From an uncultured Desulfatitalea sp. (lineage in GTDB: Bacteria; Desulfobacterota; Desulfobacteria; Desulfobacterales; Desulfosarcinaceae): a stretch of 64,000 nucleotides of DNA. The stretch is taken from NCBI GenBank assembly GCA_963668675.2, contig CAXXMB010000002.1:2848001-2912000 (forward strand). The letters run 5' to 3'. Position numbers and translations under genes: made by a program. This document shows positions 58,602-64,000 of the stretch, one piece after another. Every line of letters begins with the position of its first letter. The first letter of the stretch is position 1. The notes below the pieces were generated by a model. The model saw only the letters and a program-made list of their open reading frames with translations, made no database searches and was not told the origin of the DNA.

Positions 58602-61600
58602 ATGAACGATATTATCCAGCCGTATCGACCGACCAATAATGTAAGGGTGGTCACGGCCACATCACTTTTCGACGGCCACGATGTCTCCATCAACATTTTC
58701 AGGCGTATATTGCAGAGCACCGGGGTGGAGGTGATCCATCTGGGGCACAACCGTTCCGTCAAGGAGATAGTGGACGCCGCCATCGAGGAGGACGCCCAAG
58801 GCATCGCCATATCCAGTTACCAGGGCGGCCACATGGAGTTTTTCACCTATATGGTGGATCTTTTAAAAGCGGGCGGCGCTCACCACATCAAGGTGTTCGG
58901 CGGTGGCGGAGGGGTGATTGTCCCCGAAGAGATCAAGGAACTGGAAGCCTACGGCGTGTCCAAGATCTACTCGCCAGAAGACGGCGCCCGCATGGGGCTG
59001 CAGGGCATCATCAACCACATGGTCGAATTGATGGATTTTTCTAAGACCGACCAAGTGTCTCTGGATCTTTCCGATGTCCAGTCGGACAACAAGCTGCGGG
59101 TGGCCAGCCTGATCACATTGGTGGAGCAGGCCAAGGCCAGGGAGAACGGCCACCTTGCCAATTTCCGCAAGGCGCTGAAAAAGAAGATCGGCAATCGAAA
59201 GGTGCCGGTCATCGGAATTACCGGCACTGGCGGTGCCGGAAAATCTTCGTTGACCGACGAACTGATCCTGCGCATGCTCCACGACCTCAAGGATGTGCGG
59301 ATCGCCATCATCAGTGCCGACCCCTCCCGGCGCAAAACCGGTGGGGCATTGTTGGGCGACCGTATCCGCATGAACGCCATCGGGAACCCGAGGGTTTACA
59401 TGCGCTCCATCGCCACACGGCGCTCCAATACGGAGATTCCCGAGGCCATGGGTGATGTGCTTGATCTGGTGAAGGCCGCCGGCTTTGATATCGTCATTGC
59501 GGAAACCGCCGGTATCGGCCAGGGGGATTCGCACATCATCGACCTAGTGGACCTGTCCATTTATGTGATGACCAGCGATTTCGGGGCGGCCTCCCAACTG
59601 GAGAAGATCGATATGCTTGACTTCGCCGACCTGGTGGTTGTCAACAAGTTCGAAAAGCGAGGCGGCGAAGACGCGGTACGTGAAGTGCGCAAGCAGCTGC
59701 AGCGCAACCGCCAGGCTTTCGATCTGAGTCCGGACGAGATGCCGGTTTATGGCACAATCGCCTCCAAGTTCAATGACGACGGCGTCACGTCCTTGTATCA
59801 TGCACTATTGGACACCATCACGGAAAAGACAGGCGTGGCCTTCGCGTCGAGTCTGCCGCGCCCCGCCACCAGGCAGTCGACCTCCAAGACCATCATCATT
59901 CCGCCCGAACGCACTCGCTACCTGGCCGAAATCGCCGAAACGGTGAGAAACTACCACAGCCAGACCCAAACCCAGGCCGAGGTCATGCGCCGGGTTTGGC
60001 ATTTGGAAGAGGCCGCCAGAAGCTTGACCGACGGTGACCTCGCCGGCGATGCCGCCGCTGTGCTGGATCCCCTCAAAAGGGAAGTTGACGTGGCGCGCCA
60101 GCATCTGGAAGACGAAACGGAAAAGCTGGTTGAACAGTGGGCTGAGACCAAGACGGCCTATTCCGGCGACGAACTGGTCTACACCGTGCGGGGTAAAGAG
60201 ATTCGGGTGCCTCTTTTCACCGAATCACTCTCCCGCCAGAAGATTCCAAAAATCTCCCTTCCGCGCTTCACCGACCCCGGTGAAATTTACAGTTGGATGC
60301 GCAGGGAGAATCTGCCCGGATTCTTTCCATTCACCGCCGGCGTCTTTCCAATGAAGCGGGTAGGGGAGGACCCCACACGAATGTTCGCCGGCGAGGGGGA
60401 CCCGGCGCGCACCAATCGCCGCTTCAAGCTGCTGTCGGATGGCAGTGAGGCCAAGCGGCTCTCCACGGCCTTCGATTCGGTGACGCTCTATGGCTACGAC
60501 CCGGACCGTCGGCCTGACATTTACGGAAAGGTGGGCAACTCGGGCGTTAGTGTCTGCACTATCGATGACGTTAAGGTGCTCTATGACGGGTTTGAGTTGT
60601 GCACCCCCAACACCTCGGTCTCCATGACCATCAACGGGCCGGCGCCCATCATGTTGGCCATGTTTCTCAACACGGCCATCGACCAACAGGTGGACAAATT
60701 CGTCCGGGGAGAGGGCCGGCAGCCATCCGCCGAACAATACGAAAAGATCAAGGCCATGGTCCTTGAAAACGTGCGCGGCACCGTACAGGCAGACATCCTC
60801 AAGGAGGACCAGGGGCAAAACACCTGTATCTTTTCCATCGATTTTGCCTTGAAGATGATGGGGGACATCCAAGAATACTTCATCGAAAAGAATGTGCGCA
60901 ACTTCTACTCGGTGTCCATCTCCGGGTACCACATCGCCGAGGCGGGGGCCAATCCCATCAGTCAGCTGGCCTTTACCCTGGCCAACGGGTTCACCTACCT
61001 GGAATACTATCTGTCCCGGGGCATGCCGCTGGATAGTTTTGCACCGAACCTCTCCTTTTTCTTCTCCAATGGCATGGACCCCGAATATACGGTCATCGGC
61101 CGGGTGGCCCGCCGTATCTGGGCCATTGCCCTGCGGGAGAAGTACGGGGCGTCGGTGCGCAGCCAGATGTTGAAATACCATATCCAGACCTCCGGCCGCA
61201 GCCTACACAGCCAGGATATCCAGTTCAACGACATCCGCACCACCCTGCAGGCCTTATGTGCCATTTATGACAACGCCCAGAGCCTGCATACCAATGCCTT
61301 CGATGAGGCCATCACCACGCCCACGGAAGAGTCGGTGCGCCGGGCCCTGGCCATCCAGCAGATCATCAACCACGAGTGGGGCTTGGCCAAGAACGAGAAC
61401 CCATACCAGGGCAGCTTCATCGTGGACGACCTCACCGATCTGGTGGAGGAGGCCGTGCTCATGGAGTACGACAAGATCACTGCCCGCGGCGGGGTGCTGG
61501 GGGCCATGGAGACCGGCTACCAGCGCAGCAAGATCCAGGAAGAATCCATGTACTACGAGATGCTCAAGCACACCGGCGAGTATCCTATCGTGGGCGTCAA

Positions 61601-61889
61601 CACCTTCCGGGATCCTCATGCTGAAGGTGCGGATTTATTCGAAGGGGCCGCATGCATCGAACTGGCACGGGCCACTACTGAGGAGAAGGAGTCACAGCTG
61701 TCCCGGCTCAAGGATTTCCACACCCGGCACGGGGACAAGGCTCCCGGTGCGCTTGAGCGTTTGCAAAAGGTGGCCCTTTCCGGCGGAAACATCTTCGCCG
61801 AGTTGATGGTGACGGTCAAGACTTGCAGCCTTTGGCAGATTACCGCTGCGCTGTATGAGGTGGGCGGGCAATATAGGCGGAATATGTAG
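58602..61889 (+). CDS. icmF: Fused isobutyryl-CoA mutase / G-protein chaperone IcmF
   Basis: B12 domain FDGHDVSIN, MeaI GTPase [17 protein letters not shown], and mutase [42 protein letters not shown]. 1095 aa. Confidence 0.96.
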   Translation: MNDIIQPYRPTNNVRVVTATSLFDGHDVSINIFRRILQSTGVEVIHLGHNRSVKEIVDAAIEEDAQGIAISSYQGGHMEFFTYMVDLLKAGGAHHIKVFGGGGGVIVPEEIKELEAYGVSKIYSPEDGARMGLQGIINHMVELMDFSKTDQVSLDLSDVQSDNKLRVASLITLVEQAKARENGHLANFRKALKKKIGNRKVPVIGITGTGGAGKSSLTDELILRMLHDLKDVRIAIISADPSRRKTGGALLGDRIRMNAIGNPRVYMRSIATRRSNTEIPEAMGDVLDLVKAAGFDIVIAETAGIGQGDSHIIDLVDLSIYVMTSDFGAASQLEKIDMLDFADLVVVNKFEKRGGEDAVREVRKQLQRNRQAFDLSPDEMPVYGTIASKFNDDGVTSLYHALLDTITEKTGVAFASSLPRPATRQSTSKTIIIPPERTRYLAEIAETVRNYHSQTQTQAEVMRRVWHLEEAARSLTDGDLAGDAAAVLDPLKREVDVARQHLEDETEKLVEQWAETKTAYSGDELVYTVRGKEIRVPLFTESLSRQKIPKISLPRFTDPGEIYSWMRRENLPGFFPFTAGVFPMKRVGEDPTRMFAGEGDPARTNRRFKLLSDGSEAKRLSTAFDSVTLYGYDPDRRPDIYGKVGNSGVSVCTIDDVKVLYDGFELCTPNTSVSMTINGPAPIMLAMFLNTAIDQQVDKFVRGEGRQPSAEQYEKIKAMVLENVRGTVQADILKEDQGQNTCIFSIDFALKMMGDIQEYFIEKNVRNFYSVSISGYHIAEAGANPISQLAFTLANGFTYLEYYLSRGMPLDSFAPNLSFFFSNGMDPEYTVIGRVARRIWAIALREKYGASVRSQMLKYHIQTSGRSLHSQDIQFNDIRTTLQALCAIYDNAQSLHTNAFDEAITTPTEESVRRALAIQQIINHEWGLAKNENPYQGSFIVDDLTDLVEEAVLMEYDKITARGGVLGAMETGYQRSKIQEESMYYEMLKHTGEYPIVGVNTFRDPHAEGADLFEGAACIELARATTEEKESQLSRLKDFHTRHGDKAPGALERLQKVALSGGNIFAELMVTVKTCSLWQITAALYEVGGQYRRNM

Positions 61890-61900
61890 GCAAAAGGCTC

Positions 61901-61999
61901 AATTTCGCTGAGCTGATGGACACTGTGAGGGCTTGCTCATTGGGGCAGATCACCTAGGCTTTGTATGAAATTGGCGGGAAATACCGCAGAAACGAATAG
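61901..61999 (+). pseudogene. Decayed second copy of the icmF 3' end
   Basis: NFAELMDTVRACSLGQIT*ALYEIGGKYRRNE* versus [32 protein letters not shown]. Confidence 0.88.
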
Positions 62000-62041
62000 A
62001 TACTGATTAACAACACTTAAAAATTATCAAGAGGTATCACT

Positions 62042-63199
62042 ATGCAATTTGAATTGACCAGAGAACAAAAAGAGATACAGAAGGCGGTAAGAGAGTTTGT
62101 AAAAGGCGAATTTAAAAAAGAGCTCATCGAAGAACTCATCGAAAGCCATGCCTATCCGAAAAAGTTATGGAAAAAAGCAGCCGAGCTTGGATTTGTCGGG
62201 ATCCACTATCCAGAGAAATATTCAGGTATGGGACTGGGCTGTCTTGAGAACATCCTAGTGGCTGAAGAGCTAACAAGGGGCGATAGCACCGTCGGAACCT
62301 GTTTGCTGCTGGCCAATTTTGCCTCGGAAATCATTCTGCACAACGGCAGCGAAGAACAAAAGGCCAAATGGCTGCCTAAAGTAGCCGAAGGCGAATGCCT
62401 TTCATGCGGTGCCTTTACCGAACCGAACCACGGATCGGATATCACCACGGTAGACACCACCGCCGTCAAAGAGGGCGATCAGTGGGTGATCAACGGCAAC
62501 AAGATCTTTATCACCAACAGCGGCCCGCTGGCCGGATTATATTGCGTGCTGTGCCTCACCGATCCGGATGCCAAACCCTCTTACCGCGGCTTGAGCCTGA
62601 TTCTGGTTGAAGCCGATAACCCTGGGGTCTCCTACCAAGACGTGGGCCACAAAATGGGCATCTCATTGACTTACACCGCAGAGGTGGTCTTCAAGGATGT
62701 TCGTGTTCCGCTTGAAAATCTCATCGGCGAAAAGAACAAAGGATTTTACCAGCTGCTGCATTTTTTCGATGAGAGCCGCATCCTGGTGGCAGCCCAAGCT
62801 CTGGGTACCGCACAGGGTGCTTTTGACCGCGCCCTGGATTACATCAAGCAGCGTGAGCAGTTTGGTCAAAAGATCGCCCAGTTCCAAGTCAACCGGCACA
62901 AAATTGCCGATATGGCTACCAAAATCGAGTGCGCCCGTTTGCTCACCTACAAGGCAGCCTGGAACTTTGACCAGGGTCGTATCGACCCGCAACTGACCTC
63001 TATGGCCAAAATGTATGCCGCCCGCACCGCTGTAGAGGTGGCCGACGAGGCCATTCAGCTCATGGGCGGCTACGGCTACATGCAAGAGTACGATGTAGAG
63101 CGCTACTATCGGGATGCCAAAATCACCGAAATCTACGAAGGCACCAAAGAGATCCAGAAAAACACCATTGCCGGATCGATCCTAGGCAAAATCAAGTAG
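62042..63199 (+). CDS. Acyl-CoA dehydrogenase
   Basis: FTEPNHGSD, NGNKIFITN, REQFG, MGGYGY and IYEGTKEIQK. Confidence 0.94.
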   Translation: MQFELTREQKEIQKAVREFVKGEFKKELIEELIESHAYPKKLWKKAAELGFVGIHYPEKYSGMGLGCLENILVAEELTRGDSTVGTCLLLANFASEIILHNGSEEQKAKWLPKVAEGECLSCGAFTEPNHGSDITTVDTTAVKEGDQWVINGNKIFITNSGPLAGLYCVLCLTDPDAKPSYRGLSLILVEADNPGVSYQDVGHKMGISLTYTAEVVFKDVRVPLENLIGEKNKGFYQLLHFFDESRILVAAQALGTAQGAFDRALDYIKQREQFGQKIAQFQVNRHKIADMATKIECARLLTYKAAWNFDQGRIDPQLTSMAKMYAARTAVEVADEAIQLMGGYGYMQEYDVERYYRDAKITEIYEGTKEIQKNTIAGSILGKIK

Positions 63200-63386
63200 A
63201 GCTTATTTCGATGCTAAATTTCATCAGTGGCGAGCCAAAGTAACCGCCTCCCTATTATCTATGTCAAAGGGCAGGATGGCGGCGTAGCCCTTGGCAATGC
63301 TATAGCCCAGGTTATTTGATTTCTAAGTAAAAATATATAGGTGCTTTCTTTTGACAATGCCAATTATTGAATGAAGGAGAGAAAAC

Positions 63387-64000
63387 ATGAACATCAACGA
63401 TTGTTTGGCAGTAGTAACTGGCGGTGCTTCAGGACTTGGTGAGGCCACTGTACGAAGAATTGTAGCAGGAGGCGGGAAGGTGGCCATCCTTGATCTGGAT
63501 GATAAACGGGGATTGGCAATTGCAGATGAGTTGGGTGAAAATGTCGTCTTTTTTAAGACCAATGTAATGGATGCCGATTCGGTCCAGGCTGCCGTTGACG
63601 GCATGGTGGAACGTTTTGGCGGCATTAACCTGGCGGTCAACTGCGCCGGTGTGGCCACTCCCATGAAGGTGGTGGGCAAATACGGCCCCATGCCCATTGA
63701 CAAGTTCAATATGGTCATACAGATCAACATCATCGGCACCATGAACGTCATGCGTCTGGCCGCAGAAAAAATGATGGGCAATGAACCGGCGGCCGATAAC
63801 GAAAAAGGGGTGGTGATCAACACTGCATCGGTGGCCGCCTTTGACGGTCAGATCGGCCAGGCGGCCTATTCGGCCTCGAAGGCCGCCGTTGTGGGCATGA
63901 CCCTGCCGGTGGCCAGGGAGTTTGCCGAATACGGCATTCGGGTGATGACCATTGCACCGGGGCTGTTTGAGACGCCCATGATGGATTCGCTGCCGGATCC
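63387..64000 (+). CDS. SDR 3-hydroxyacyl-CoA dehydrogenase type II (HSD10-like), runs off the window
   Basis: AAGGAG RBS, then MNINDCLAVVTGGASGLG, VNCAG, NTASVAAFDGQIGQAAYSASK and TIAPGLFETPM. Confidence 0.92.
   Translation, partial: MNINDCLAVVTGGASGLGEATVRRIVAGGGKVAILDLDDKRGLAIADELGENVVFFKTNVMDADSVQAAVDGMVERFGGINLAVNCAGVATPMKVVGKYGPMPIDKFNMVIQINIIGTMNVMRLAAEKMMGNEPAADNEKGVVINTASVAAFDGQIGQAAYSASKAAVVGMTLPVAREFAEYGIRVMTIAPGLFETPMMDSLPD

Noticed and set aside
1..64000. CRISPR arrays, tRNA and rRNA genes
   Set aside because: No regularly spaced repeats, cloverleaf signatures or rRNA-like sequence were seen by eye. A tRNAscan/Infernal run would be needed to exclude them formally.

Overview
Bacterial accessory, mobile-element-rich region. 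Gene content suggests an anaerobic Desulfobacterota-like host (inference). From left to right: (1) the tail of a spore-photoproduct-lyase-like radical SAM gene and a broken mrr. (2) A sigma-54 module: yhiI-rbbA-yhhJ exporter, a degenerate glycogen-synthase-like gene, a GAF-AAA+ enhancer-binding protein and an AcrAB/OprM-type RND pump, with three -24/-12 promoters. (3) OMPLA, CBM48, PilZ, HD-GYP, a lipase-like protein, two related IHF-beta genes, an orphan radical SAM/SPASM gene and a hybrid kinase. (4) An IS hotspot with an intact IS1380 and a four-layer nest: IS66 relic, RIT-type tyrosine recombinase relic, IS1595, IS66. The termini and target duplications of the IS1380, IS1595 and IS66 can be read directly. 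(5) An AT-rich island of about 20 kb for uptake and beta-oxidation of a carboxylic acid. It carries TetR with a shared 15-bp operator-like site, thiolase, ACAD, CoA ligase, HAD, a Liv-type ABC transporter, two crotonases, an SDR and an alpha-methylacyl-CoA racemase-like gene, and is interrupted by IS630, IS1182 and IS4. (6) A second mrr relic, a GC-rich icmF followed by a decayed copy of its own 3' end, an ACAD and an SDR. No rRNA, tRNA or CRISPR array was seen. All calls come from motif reading only; no database searches were run.
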